Source: Octopus bimaculoides
Lineage: Eukaryota
DNA length: 64,000 nt
Assembly (NCBI RefSeq): GCF_001194135.2
Contig: NC_068987.1
Coordinates: 55,274,814-55,338,813 of the forward strand
Direction: 5' to 3'
Both the position numbers and the translations under genes were made by a program. Below, one piece after another: positions 1 through 14,500 of this stretch; position 1 is the stretch's first letter, and each line of letters opens with the position of its first letter. The notes under the pieces were generated by a model. The model did not search any database. It was not told the DNA's origin and saw only the letters and a program-made list of their open reading frames with translations.

Positions 1-3000
1 TAGATTGTTGAATTATTTAAAATCTTCATTGATCTATTGCCTCATATTAACAAAACATACAGTTGCTATGTTTCTTTTAGCCTCTCTCTCTCTCTCTCTC
101 TCTTTCTCTGTTCTTTGACTCCATTACTCCCAAACTTGCATGGTCTTTAATCTTGTTGCCGTTCTTCGTTCTCTTTCTATGTAGAAACTGTACTGCCAGT
201 CTTGCTTATTAACCCTTTAAATGCACCAGCTGTCATGAGTTGGTTAATTAGCCAAACAATGTTTCAGTTTCCAACAAAAGAAGTGTACATTGAAAACTGT
301 TACTTCTTTTTGATGAGGAAAATTAAAATAGATAGACTGTTGTTCTCTTCATTATGCATGATATATGAAATGATGCAATTTGTTTAAGGGATAAATTCGA
401 TAATATCAACGTATTCAAGCCAAGAAAAAAATGATTTCCATGAAATCTAAGATGTAACTAAGAAGTTACCAATTAAAGGGTTAATAGGTAGAGTTATAGT
501 TTTTTCTCTCTCAAAATTAAAGACCTCCACTCTGTGAAATTGTCCTTCCTTCTACAATACTTTCTGATCGCATGTCGGTTGTTTTTTTTTTTTTAATGTC
601 TTCCTGAATATTTAAAGAAAAATAAATGTTTAAAATCATTAATTTATTATCTTTATTTTCATCATTTGAATTTTATTTATTAGTAAGTTATTTTTATTTT
701 TTATTTTTTCGCCTCCATCATCATGATAGTAAAAAAAAATTACTCATCCTTTCATAGCAAAAAAAACAAAAACTTATTTATTTTTTATATTTAGTGAAGT
801 TAAAACACAACACTTAAAAATTGATATAGAGTTACTTCAACTACAAAAATTCACTTACATATTTAAAAAAATTTTTTTACACAGATTATCTCCCTTTCAA
901 ACTGCTTATTGAAATTAACGAAATATGTTTTATATATTTTGTCATTATATTGTCACTTTTTTTTCTTCATAAAATTTGGAACCACATAAAAAGAAAGTGT
1001 ACATTTTTGTTTAAATGTAATGAAAAAAATTTGGTTATCATTTACACAGTTACATCCTTGTTTTTTACTGAGTACCTGTGCATCAATAATATAAACTTTC
1101 AGATCATATTTTAATTTACCTCTTTAAGTCTACCTGTCTGATAGTCCTCACACTTCACAGTTAATCTTACTCAAAAAAGAAAACAAAATTAAATACTAAG
1201 TTAAATATACTATTTTCTGTATAATAATTTCTTACTAATTTTCACTAAAATGTAAATAGCTATTAAAAACATTTACAATAATTTTTATAAAATATTTTAC
1301 AAGTTTTAATTTTAAAAAATTAGTTTGTAGTAGCTAACATGTTTATATATTTTCTTAGGTACTTTTTTTTTATCCATTCATTTATTTATTTATTTTGTTT
1401 TCATTTTTCATAATTAATTCCAATATTTTACACACTATTTAGAATATTAAGAATGATAATTATTTTTTCCTCTCCTCTTACTCTGACTCTCTCTCTCTCT
1501 CGTAGGATAACTGTATGAGAGTAGCCATTCTGTTCTAGTGGCCACTCTTCTGAATCTCCTCCTCCCACTACTACTTTTTATTTACTACTACTACCATCAC
1601 TACAACAACAACAACCACTGTTTCTACTTCCATTACTCTACAACACATCTTGGCAACAATATGTTGCTCTATAGTGTACGTATATATCCATATACACACT
1701 GCATCATGTCATGTGTTTGTTCTCAATGCAAACCTGAATTTTTTTGCTATTTGACTGCCATACTTTGCATGTCAAGCCTGTTTCCTGCTCCCTTCCAGCT
1801 GTTGAAAAAAAAGTTATGATTTTTTTGTTTGTTTTTATTTTTTTATTTTTACTTTTATCATTAGTGATAAATCGTTACCAAGCCTAGGTGAAAAAGGCCA
1901 GGTGAAAACATTTGTGTAGTTGCACTAAACAATGGTGTTGAACAGTTGTGGTTGTGTGTTTGATTGCTGCTGTGCTCCTTAATTCAAAAATAATGCAACC
2001 CAATGCAGTATTTCAGACTAGTGATAGATCTAAGGGAGCTTTTATTCATTTATTTTTTATTTATACTTTTTTTAGAATGAGGAGTATTTTCTTGTATGTT
2101 TGTCCTATTAAGTTCTGCACCACTAGAAAACAGGTTTGTCACAAGTCATTGAGGAACCAGCTTGTTGTAGCAGCCAAACCGCTCTCTCTCTCTCTCTAAA
2201 AAAAAAAGAAAATAGTAATAAAGAAACTAGGAAAAGGAATGGAGGGAACACATTTTATACTGTTTTTGAAACAGGGACCACATGCATATTTCTAAGTCCT
2301 TAATGTTAGCATAGCACATGCCACCATAAATAAAAGATGGGGAAAGTCGTCTGAGGTTACTCAATAACAATACATTTGCTGTGAAATATATAGCCAGATA
2401 TTTGCATGCTCACCCCCATATTTGTTTGAGATAGCTAGTCTTTTGCTGTGAGATAAACATTAACATTCAATTCACGTCAGTTTCGATATTGAAAAAAAAT
2501 AATATTTTGAACTAATAGTTATATGTAGTTATATCTACTCTGTGTATTAATTCTCAATATATTCCTTGTGTTTTTCTGTGACAAATAGTGGTTTAAGGCA
2601 CTTATCTTACATATGTATATTCTTATATGTACATTCATATTCAAAGTGGAGGAATTAGTAAGGTGCTGTCCTATCAACCATAGATGGTTCATATGTTATC
2701 ACCATCAGTGCAATGTATCTGACAGCAGCACTTAATGGTTTGGTCGTTTTAGTACTGTTGAGAAGTAGAGTTGAGAAAAGATAGTAGTGAGAGTACCATG
2801 TAACTGAAATAACTTTTTGTTAGTTTATGTAGTGCTAAGTTTAAATTTACAATTTGGCTTGGAGAGAAGAGAATGGTATTTATTCCAGAGTGTCATTTGG
2901 TGAATTATTTCCTAAAGACAAGGCATTTACTGATACTTCAACCACTCTACAAGTCACAGGACATTACATGCATATGAATATGCAGACTCTTGCAATCTCA

Positions 3001-3602
3001 TTACAAAAAATATATCCCAGATTGATTCAACCTTAAAGATAACTAGTTTTCAGTTTGTTTTTTTTGTACACAAAAATAAACCACAAAAATATCATTTTAC
3101 TTTATAATGGAAAAATATGTAAATCTTGTTTAACTCTTTAACTGCATAATTAAATTTCGTGGTCATTCCCATAATGATGTTAATTATCCATCAACAATTA
3201 GAATTGATATTTTCTGTTACTGCGGGTATGGTTTTCATATCCACCACTAAAAGTATTTGATTCTTACTCTGGAAAGAGATATTTGATGAAATATGTGGGT
3301 GGTGGAGAATTTTTTAATCTGAAAAATTGCCGTTTGTAAAGTGTCACTAAGGGTATCTCTACTTCTCACAGCTGAAGGAGAGGTTTTTGCAAAGCAGTGG
3401 AGTAAAACCACTTTCTGCAGTTAACAGATATAAAATTTTGAGTGGACATATCTATCTGCTTTCTCTGTTCAATGTTAAATTAACTTATTTACTTACCTAC
3501 CAGCTTCTTTGCAATGATTCATATTTTAAGTAATAATTTAAAACTCTGAATTAATTTATTGTTAGAAGTAAATATAATATTTAGGTTTGACCAAGATTCA
3601 TG

Positions 3603-3829
3603 TTGACCCTTTTGATATCATTTCCTCTGAGATCACTTCTGGTTCTATGATACCAACTTCCTGTTGTAAAGTGATTTTAAAATCTTCCCTCAAAATTCCA
3701 TGATAATTTATGTTCTAAACACCAGCTTCATAATGACTAAATTGTTTTGCTAAATTCTCCTTTATTCTCAAAATTAATTGAAACAAATGTAGTGTATTTC
3801 TACAGAAATATGATTACCAAAAGGGTTAA
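3603..3829. mobile_element. piggyBac-like MITE
   Basis: CCCTTTTG...CAAAAGGG ends, flanked by TTGA and TTAA; same family as 17994-18197 and 27266-27484. Confidence 0.6.
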
Positions 3830-6800
3830 TCTGCTTTAACGAGAGTAAGTTTTAAAAAATGCTAAAACTGAAGTATGTTGATAAGAGTAAAAAATATTTC
3901 ATGTCAACTACAAGGTTCTTCATTCAAATATATAATCCATCTCTAAGTCACAACCCTGTCTAGAACATAAGATAATTCTTCATGACCTACCAGCTTTCCA
4001 TCTTTTGGAGCATTTTTATTCTAAATGAGTAGCAAATTGGCAGTCATTAGAATGTTGGATACAATGTCTCGAGGGATATGTTCTGACTCCATCAGCTCTA
4101 AGTTCAAATCCTGCCAAGATCAGTTATGCTTGTCTGTCTTTTCTAGGTTGATAAAAACATGGTATCAGTTTCGAGCAGTGGATTGATCAAATTGTTAGAG
4201 CATCAGATTGGATATCATGTGGTATCTGTTCTGGCTCTTGCGTTCTCAATTCATACTCTGCCCTATCATTGGAAAATGCTCATCTGGATTTGCAACTGAC
4301 AAATTGTATGAGCAATTTGAAAACCCAGTGGTAGCATAGTTTACTTGGTCTGATTGCCACTACAACCATCACTACAAATATTTTGCCTCTGTGTGTGTGT
4401 GTATGCATGCACACCCACACATAATGTGATTATAAGATTGTTCAATTCCCTAAGATCTTTATTTCAAATTCATAATATTTGTCTGGTACAATTCTTTAGT
4501 TTGGTCAAAACACATCCAGCAATGGAATGCTTTTTTTTGATAACCTTTATACCATGCTATATATATTGACTTGATAAAAGAGATAGAGAGAGAGTATGTG
4601 TGCTATGTGAATAATTGAAATAATATATGTCAATTCAGTTTTGTTGAACTAAAAACTACAAATACTACTAACTGATAGGGCTCAACCACTTTTTTTGTTT
4701 CTGAAGATAAAAACCTCCATATTTATAACTTAATATAAATTACTCATATAAATGAACTAATATGAATTAAATATGACTGAGAAAGATGTGTGTTAGTGTG
4801 TCTACTCAACAGACAGGTAGCAATAAAAGGAAGAGTATTTTACAATACAGTAGTTTTTAAACTCCAATAGAAAATTTTTTTTAATTTCATTTTATTTTAT
4901 TTTTGTAAATTAGCTCTGTTTATATCTGTAGCAAGAACTTTTTTATTATTATTATTTTCATTTCACCTTCAATGTGGCAATTTTTTTTTTAAATTTCACC
5001 TAAAAAAATTATGTCCAAAATCTTTTACATCTACAAAAATATGTATCTATAAACTTTATTTAAATAATGTATTTAGGTTGTGCTTTATGGCATGTCTGCT
5101 TTACTTTTTGATATGGTGAAGAACTAATGAAAGTTAATGCTGTCCAACATCTTGAAATTTGGAAATTGGATTGCTAGAATTATAACATAGCAAGCACAAG
5201 ATCTTATTTATTTCTATATTTTATTTTGTAGTTCTCCCCTCTGGGGAATAATAGATTTCTAAGCTATAGATATTACATAAATAATTTGATTCTTCCTACT
5301 TGGAAAAATATTTAATACTTTTTAGTTAAAAATAATTTCCATTTTTGTGAATTTTTCTCCAATTTTCTCAGTTTATTACAAATTTGTTTCTGAAATAAAT
5401 TCAACAAAAAATTCTTTTCTTTTGAAATTTTCCATGTGGCAAATTTAAACAGGCCTTGGCAACTTGTTTTAATATGATGGTAGAAGTATTTGTGATGTAC
5501 CTGCTGAATGAAACAAGAAAAATTTGTTCATTTCTATTTAATATTTTCTATTTTTTTAAATCCACCTGTTATTCCTTCATATGTTTTATATCTATTGTTC
5601 TAAGATTTGTTGTAGAATTTTCTCTTAAGCCAATAACATTAATTTACTTGCTCCAAAATATTTTCTGAAAGTTTCAAGTTTTATCTAAGGCATGAGGCCA
5701 CAGATTTGTAGAAAATGGTAATGGGACTGCATAATGTTTTTGTCTTCCCCTCAAGGACATCAATAATTTAAGTGACATGAACTGCCAATTAAAAATCTGA
5801 GTTGATTGAACATGCAATGAAATTACTCTCATGGAAATTTTGTGATGTATTGAAAAGTTAAAAGTTAAAAGAATGTCTTTGATCATAAGTTTACTCAATC
5901 AGTTCAAGCCTTGGGCTAAACAACAGCAGCATTTTACGGCCTTCGTGTCAATGTAAGACATAATTAGGGCAGTGATAGAGTTGTGGATTAGATGTGTTTG
6001 TATCCATCTAGTTAGTGTTTCTCTTACTACCTTCCAGTGTTTAATCCCTGGTACAGGTGGCTCTAGCATCCATCCTCAAATCATTGAATAAAGTACCAGT
6101 AATATACTTAGATAAATTCAGTTCAGTATATGTCTCCTGCAAAATATGTCCCCACTGCCTTACTAAAAAATCCTTATTTACAAGTTTAATGGAGAGCTGA
6201 TCTAGATGCTGTCTGGTTTGTTATGTCACTGTTTCTGAGTTGTTAATCAATTTTGGTCTGCTTGTGTTAGCCTAAAGAGGTAATCTAATTTAAAATTAAA
6301 ATTTAGCTGGAAGTTTCAGCATATTGCTCAAGGAGTTTTAAGATGTGTGCCATGTTAGAAGTTGAACTATCTACTTTCAATCAATATTCTAGCCATAACC
6401 ATCCCATATTTCTTGTGGGATTTGTTGCCCAAAATTTTAGGGATTTAAAGCATACAATTTCCATTTTAAAAGCAAGAGAATGTTTGTGGAGCAAGTTTAG
6501 GCTGCTACTATGCACTGGTAGAAAGTGTGTGTGAGAGATATGAAAGTTCATTGTATATATTTGGAGATTTGGTTTGATTCTTAAGTGTTGAGGAATCCTG
6601 CTGTGATGGTCTTCTTACGGAAAAAAAAACAACCAGCATCACACCCAGGAGTAGACCACACATATGGGCATCCAACCCAGCCAGATCAATTGGGGACTGT
6701 TGTTTCTGACAGGACCTGAAAGAAGCTGTGCTTGAGGACTCTGTCCCCTACAATCCTCTCCGGATTAAGTGGGCAAAGATGAGATCTGATAGAAATAAGT

Positions 6801-9389
6801 AGTTGTAATATATTCAAGATTAGGTTTATGAATTATAATCCCTCCCTTATAAAATCAAGAGATACGCATACACAGAGAGAGAGGGAGTTATATTTATTAT
6901 CATGGTTTACCAAGTTAATACACATACTTTTCTCATATCTGTAATGAAAGACATACATAGCCATTTCAATGTACACTTACACACTGAACATTATGAGATA
7001 AGTGACCACATAGACAATCATATTGACTGGCTGGTTTACTGCATAAAACTCTTCAGTATACATCATACAAAACAAACTTCTTTTCTTTCTTTTAACAACT
7101 ATTTAACCTCCATCTATGTCTATTTTCATTTGATGTGGCAGTGTAGTTGGGTTTTGTTACTGTACTAATATTGTTGCAGATAAAACGTAAAACTGTTATT
7201 GTCTTTGAAATATTTTGCATTGGAAAAGGAAAAAAAAATAAATGCTTCTATTTCATATATTTCAAGTTGGTGTGTGAACTAAACAAACAAAAATAAAACA
7301 AGAAGAAATACATAAGAGGGTTAGAAGAAAGGCCCTTATAAGTATTTTACACTCTTTAAGGAATTTTTTGTTTTTTGTTTTTCTCTCCCCCTCCCCACCT
7401 CCCATATGAAAATTGATTAAACATTGCTGTAAATTACTTTAGGCTAATTCATTTTCATTTATTGTTATTGCTGTTGATAAAATACAATAGGTGAATAATA
7501 CATTATGTGGATTAGTTTCTGAAGGCTGCTGACAATTTTATTTCAACAGTTCTCTCATTGTTTAATTTAGCTTCCTTTATTTGTCTCAAATTATGCTATG
7601 CTGATGATTGCAAAGAAGGATGAAATAGTACTACCAACAACTAGAAACTTTAAAATTTTTATAATGTGTTGAAGAAAAAAAATTAATGGATAAACTATGT
7701 ACACCTTCTTTACTCTTTGATGTAAATTTCTAACTTTCAAACCTACCTCACCTCAACTTAACTTAATCTTAGAAGGGATTGTCTCCCCTATAGTAGTTGA
7801 CTACCAGGAACACACCACATGTTCTTTCATTGTCTCTTTAAACCTTTACAACTATCTTCTTTTCCATTAATATAGTGATTTTTTTTTTCACAACCATTGG
7901 CACGCAAAGCACATCTCACAAATGCAGAGTCATAAGATGGTTGTGATCTGTAAACAGTTTTGAGTCGAAACCAGAAAGAGAAGTATGAACATGCAATGTG
8001 CATATACTCACTGAATTCATAAAACAGAAGAGAAGAATAAGATTATATGATGGTCTGCAAGCCACATCTGACACCACTATCATGTGGCTTTGCTGCAATT
8101 TCTTTTTTTTTTTAAGGTAGAAATATCATTGGATTGTATTGAACATTTTAATGGAACAAATAATGTGATATAGTTTGGTTATATTTATATTTATTTTGCT
8201 CTCAATATTTTGAGTGTTTTATTTGAATTAGAATTCTTCAACACATTGTTATGACATATTCTTATTGGTCTAGCCAGTGCTCATCAGATTTTGCTTTATT
8301 TATTATTACATCTTTTCATTTCTTTTCCTTCTCATTTTTCTCCCTCTACTTTTCTACCATTACTTGTTATCTTTGTTTGAAGTTCTCTCTTTCTATTAGC
8401 CAGATTCTCTTCCTATCACTCATATTCTCTCTGTTTTTTTGTCCTCTTCCCATCTTTCTTTGTTTCTCTTATTTCCTTACACCCCACCCCATAAGTTCTC
8501 TTCATCTTGTTTTCATTTTTCTCTTCCTACCTTTTAATCATGTCTCTCATATACTACCTTTTTTTCACACTAAATTTATTTTTCCACCAGAAACAAGATA
8601 AAAACAAATTCACTTGTCATTTTTACAGTCACCAAATTGTGTGTGTGTGTACCGATACTTAATTATAATGTTAACAGGTTTATTCTATGCTTTGTCTCTT
8701 GTGGGGGAGAAAAAAAAGCCTTCGGCTGTCACTAATGGATTTCATTGATAACAAAAGGAACTCATTAGAAAAAGTTAACAATTAGGTTTGCACTAATTGT
8801 TTCTGCCCTAACTATTCATACTTAACCCAGGAAAAAAAAAATGGTTTTTTCATGAACATTTTGGGAATCTCTTTAATTTATATATCAACAAGAAATTTCC
8901 CAGTAGCACTATAGGTTTGGTTCTGTTTTGAAAAGAAAAAAAAAATTTGACTAAGTTTTGACTGGAATATCTGAAATTTTTGTTTTAGTCTATTTGTTGG
9001 GTTGAGAGTGAGGAAACTCATACAACCACGACTTGCATCATCCTTTTTTTCATGTCTCTGGTGATTTTTGCAACTTAATCAAAAATTTGATTATTTGCTT
9101 TGCAAAGTGATTAAACGAAATTTCTTATAATTGGTGTTGCCATTAATATTGTTTGTGGCAAATAATGCAGGAAAAAGAAATAAACTGCTGGTATTCAGGG
9201 CAACAATATAGTTGCAGTAAGTTTTCAGCTCTCATTGAAACTATTCTATTTCATTGATGCTCCCAAAAGGCATGAATGTCACAGCATTCCGACTTTCTTC
9301 TAACTATGAAGAAGATTTTTTATTAAAAAAGAAATAAAAATCACTGTACTTGTAATCATTGAGTACCTAGCACACACTGTCAAGTGTTT

Positions 9390-9520
9390 GGCAAAAGGAA
9401 AGGCATCCAGCCATAGAAACCAAGCCAAATCAGACTGGAGCCCGGTGCAGCTCTAGTCAAACTGTCCAACCCATGCCAGCATGAAAAACAGACGTTAATG
9501 GATGAGGAGGAGGAGGAGGA
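9390..9520 (+). mobile_element. LINE/SINE 3' tail fragment (ggcatccagcc...catgccagcatg...gacgttaa)
   Basis: Related tails at 19375-19430, 31125-31250 and (minus) 34735-34935. Confidence 0.5.
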
Positions 9521-9890
9521 TATAGAACGAATGGTAGATTGCAATGCTTACTTGTTGCCACTTTACTCAATTCTTTCATGTAGCTTTAGCACCATTACGT
9601 AGGTACTAAGTTTCCATATCATTGTCCATTTTCACCTGTATTAGTCTCTAGTTATGTCTGTAAACAAATCAGGGCTGTAGAATTCCATAATTTGTAGAGT
9701 GTCAGGCTAAATTGTAGCTTGTGCTATTAAGTTGCATTAGTTTACATTCTGAACACAAAACCTTGTTCTATAAAATAAGTATTGCTAATATACTATAGAT
9801 AATTCCTTCAGCTATACCCATGCCTCAAAAATATGTGGTGTAGTGCCAAAGTAAGAGAACTTTGTTATTAATGGTAAGCTCATGGCAGTA

Positions 9891-10010
9891 GGCTGGCAGA
9901 ATTGTTAGCATGCCAGACAAAACACAGCAGCTGAGATTGACTTTGTCTTTTATTCTTGCAGAGGTGGTAAAATAAGTACCAGTTTAGCACTGGGGTTGAC
10001 ATAATCAACC
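9891..10010 (+). mobile_element. SINE family A (ctggcagaa...gactttgcctttcatcc...taagtaccag), degenerate
   Basis: Shares the core with at least 10 other copies in the window. Confidence 0.6.
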
Positions 10011-11986
10011 TAAAAATTGCTGACTTTGTGATTATATATTAGAGATATTAATAAACTCCCTAGAATAGAAGTATCGGTGAGCTAAGTCGGTACTGTAACT
10101 GTTTAAGTAGAGAAATTGGTGAACTAAATTTATATAATACCATTTATAGACAGTGGTGAATTGAGCCTGTATAAAATGATTATAGCATTTCAGTTTCATA
10201 AATAGAGATAATCATTGTAATTTCGTTTTGCTCCTCAAGTAATTTAAGGTTTCATTGCTATATTAAGGAAGGCGGACGTAAAGAATATGTACACCACCCG
10301 TTTTCGGCGTAACAAAAACCCTAGCCCTAATCCTAAACCCTAAACACCGGGTGTACGTATTTTTTTACTTTTGCCTCAAAAAATATTTCGGAGGTGTACT
10401 TGCCAAGCAAGTGATTTGATCTGAGACCGTGCTTTGCAAATAAAACGATTACAGCATGGAAGAGATACGGTAGCGATTAAAAAAACACGCGAAGACTCCT
10501 AATTTTATTTAAACATCTATAATTGGTTACATGGTATACACGTCTTTGTTGCTCGAACAGCGACCTCGTTACTGACAACGTTACACTGTTTAAAATAATA
10601 CGTTGGGAGTATTTATGTATCTTCTGAGTTCAAATTCTGCTTGGACTCAGATATATCTTTCATTCCTCCACCATCAATAAGATAAGTAAGGGTACACCGA
10701 GATGGATGCCATGAATAATACTCTGCTTCAAAATTGTCTTTGAAAAAAAAAATAGCTAATATCAACAATGGTTTCGATAGTAGTCGTAATCCGACAAATC
10801 GAATGTTTTTGTTATAATCTATTCTTTTCTTCGTCATTAGATTTGGGGAAATGCATTAATGTCGTTGTCTCTCATTACATTTACTTTGTTTTTAAGGAAT
10901 TTAAAAACAAAATTGATTTGTATCCAAATTTCATTGCTAAAAAAATACTGATTACTTGAAAGAATTACTAAAGTTAAGGGACGTAACTTCTGTTTGACTG
11001 GCATAGTTGTAAAGTTCTCTCTCTTGACAACTATCAGCTGTTTCGTCTCACGCCGATCTTTTTCAGATAATCTACTTTTATAAATATTATTTATCTGAGC
11101 AAAGTAAATTCAACATAACCTAGATGAATTTACTATACAGGCACATATTTGAGATAGCTTCTACGTTGTCACGAAATAGCCAGCCACTTCTCCCTCAAAT
11201 CACAGCGTATCCCAATCAAGGCCCAACGATAGTGATCAATAGGCTAATTATATGGAAATTCCTTTTTGTGTTTAATTTTCAGCTTCCGTAATGTTAGTTC
11301 TCACGTCCAACATAATCCTTAAGGTAGGGTAATCTTGGCATCTGTCTTGTGTATAACGTGTTATGCGGGGTACACCTCCCTGGTTTCTATTTCACATATG
11401 ATACACATTCTCAGTTATTTTGTTTTTTTTCCCAACCACCACAGTAACTTGGGACTTATGAAAGGAAAGCATTATATTACTCAGATCGTATGAAACCAAG
11501 TATGGACGTTCAGGACAAACTTCGGAAAAGCGCTGGGCAGGCAAATGGTTTACGAAACGCAACATGAAAACTGCTGTACAATGGTGTAGGCGAATTTGGT
11601 AGTAACAACGTCTTGGTTTAAGACGAAATTTCTTAAACTTTTTGGAAACATTTGTGAAATTTAACTTTTTTGAATTTTTTCTTTCTATTTAATAAAGTTA
11701 AATAATTTTTATATAAATGTTCCTTAAAATATGGAATCTGTTTTAACTGTTTCCCAACAGTGAAAAGTTTGGAAAACTCTGGTTTAAATACACTGAATGG
11801 GGAAAATGAGGTGGACTGGTCTTCAAACAAATGAACGTTTCTTGAGATTACATGGTTAACGATTCCATCTTTTGGACTTTTTATGTTGTTTACTGCTCTA
11901 CTCTTTTTGGCTTCATAGTGTTGATAGAACTGTCGCATTTTACAGTTAGTCATGCCATGAATTTGCACTTTCAGCCTAATCTTAAA

Positions 11987-12235
11987 GGCACATCGCTTAG
12001 TGCTTGGGGTGTTGGACTCATGATCATAAGATTGTGATTTCAATTCCTGGACCAGGCAACGTGTTGTTCTTTAGCAAAGCGCTTCGTTTCATGTTGCTCC
12101 AGTTTACTCAACTGAGAAAATGAGTAATCCTGTGACAGACCAGTGTCCTGTCCAAGTGGGGAATTTATATGCCATGGAAACCAGGAAACCAACCCTTATG
12201 AGTCAGCATGACTCGAGAAGGTAACCTTTACCTTT
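11987..12235 (+). mobile_element. tRNA-derived SINE family C, degenerate
   Basis: tRNA-like head (ggcacatcgcttagtg...caattcctggaccagg) and ttgctccagtt-actca core shared with 46617 and 49706. Confidence 0.65.
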
Positions 12236-14314
12236 AATCTTAAAACTACAAGAAAGGTGTATATGGTGTACTTAGTTGTTAAGTTGCTTCCTAGTATTGC
12301 TTTTGCTCCTTTTTATCAGTATTCAAAGTTCTCTTCCTCTCAAACACTGATCCTGGCAAAGAATATTTATCTCTGAGATTACCAGCTTTGCAAGAAAGGA
12401 AATGCAGAGTTTGACATTCGTTTATATGCATGTACTTCAGGTTTTTCTCTTTTCCCCTACAATCGGGCATGGGGTTCACCAGTCATGTCTCTAATGTACA
12501 TGTAAGTATATCTACATGTACAATGTGAGAGCAGATTGAAATAGCAGTACAAAGAAGTATGTCTAAATCTTTGCATTTTGACATTGAGAAACACTCAAAA
12601 TTTGTGATGATAATTTTTGTTTTGCAAGGCAAACAAGTTCTTTATTCATTAATAGTGTTTGGAGAATAAAAATCTGTGTACACGCGTCTTGCTGAAACTG
12701 AAGACTTTTCAGGACACAGTGTCATGGGTAGGAATTAAACTATTTGGTACCAAAAGGTTGCAATTTGTTTTTTGATATAAGGATTTATCCTTCTCTTAAA
12801 CATAGATGTTCTATTAGAATTAACTATACTGCAGTAGTTACCATGAGAGAACTCTCATATTGGCTTTTCAGTGAAAATAAATATTACCTCTCCGTATTAA
12901 TACTGCCTCTGTTACTAATACATGTGATATAAGAATCTTATGGTTACCTTATCAGGAAAATATAAGCTTTTCATATTATATGCAATTCTATTCAAATTTC
13001 TATCAAATATCATATTTTAAAGTCCTTGTTCTCTGTGTTCCATCAATTCTCTCTCTCTCTCTCAAAATAGAAATATAAGGAAATGAGAATCGCTGATATT
13101 TATGTGTGTGCACTTTTTTGTTATTGGTCATCAACTGAAGTTACAGAGTGACTCAAGGGCTGATAAGTGCCAGTGCACAAAACTCAGCCCCTGAGTCGCA
13201 CTTCTGCCAATTATTAAAAGGAAAAAGTATATATACTCATGTTTCAAGTTCTATTTGAACTAAAGGTCTCAAGTTTAGCAATGTTTTTACCAATAGGGTT
13301 CAGGTTACACAGTAGGTGTGACATGGTTTCAGCTAAAAATAAAGCAAAAAAGGGGTGGAAAGAAACTGATGCACGCTTGGCTTGTTAACCTCAGTAGCAA
13401 CTGAAAATAGGATTAATTAAAACATAAACACACACTCATGCACACTCACCAATCAACCAAACAAAAGTTGCACTTGTTTAGTTTCAAAATTCAACAGATT
13501 CAAATCTTGATGTGCTTTAAGCTTGTTTGAAAATGAGTTTTGAGAAAACAATGCATGGCTTAGGAATGGTTGTTGAATTCCTGTATTTGTGAAAAAAAAA
13601 AAGAAAGAAAAAAAAATGGTGCCTGTTAATTTTCTCATTTTGTTTTCTTTGTATTATTGTTATTATTATTACTACTACAACTATTAATTTCTAATCAAGT
13701 GCATGATGTTCAGTTAGGAAAATTCTGAAACTACTTAATGTGAAACATGATTGTATTCTATAATAAACCTTTAAACCTTTATTAGAAGATAAACTGTAAA
13801 TATTTTTATGACTGTTAGCTTTGTAAACAAGAGTAAATAATTCCAGTTTCAGTAGTAATTTTTTTTTTTTTGTTCTATTTATTTTTATTTTTTACCTTCA
13901 ATATCACAGAAAATGTTAAAGTCTGAAAATATTAGGTCTTATACAAGTAGGATAGTACAGAACTTGGATGAATAGAATTATTGTTTATCAGGTCTAATCT
14001 AAAATGTGTCATGATTGAAAAATATTAAAAAATATTCAAAAATATTAAAAGGATGTTCATAAATGTGGTGGTTACATATCAAGTGAAGTAATATTATTTT
14101 AGTAATTGTTTATTTCTGAATTTTGTTGGCATATTTTGGTTGAAATTGTTTCAATCAATCTGAAAACTTATGAAATATTTTGTAAAGCAACTATGATTAT
14201 TATTAATCTGGTATTTGGAGCAAAATAAAAAATTTTTTTTATAAAGGATTCAAAGTTTATTGTTCATGTAGTAAGCACAGAATTCATAAAGTCTCTCAAT
14301 TCCCTGGAATTTAG

Positions 14315-14500
14315 ACCACCGCATGGTCCCAGCAGACAATATTGGGAAAGGCATTGCCCTGGAAGATGGCAAGGGAGATGCACTGCAGCAGCCACTCTGA
14401 CTCATGGGGCTCACACTTGTGGATAGCCATCTTCACCCTGAAAGTGAGCAGGGCTGAGAAGGCTGGAGGTTTCCACAGACTCAGGCTCAACCATAAACCT
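14315..14500 (-). mobile_element. 3' end of CRE-like (RLE endonuclease) non-LTR retrotransposon
   Basis: Minus-strand translation in two frames: FMVEPESVETSSLLSP and ESEWLLQCISLAIFQGNA, matching the F-P-VET-G...QR-S-AI-RGNA C-terminus of CRE-clade elements. Confidence 0.55.

Noticed and set aside
3382-3480. LKERFLQSSGVKPLSAVNR as an ARM-repeat exon of the catenin
   Set aside because: Only loose similarity, no credible donor, and it runs into a stop.
12291-12387. Minus-strand acceptor plus GNLRDKYSLPGSVFERKRTLNTDKKEQKQY* as a terminal exon
   Set aside because: No recognisable homology or partner exon; such signals are common by chance in this composition.
13148-13195. SECIS-like pattern (GUGA-12nt-AA-25nt-UGA)
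   Set aside because: The Watson-Crick register puts the UGA motifs inside normal pairs, helix II does not form in the SECIS register, and the site lies upstream of coding exons rather than in a 3' UTR.
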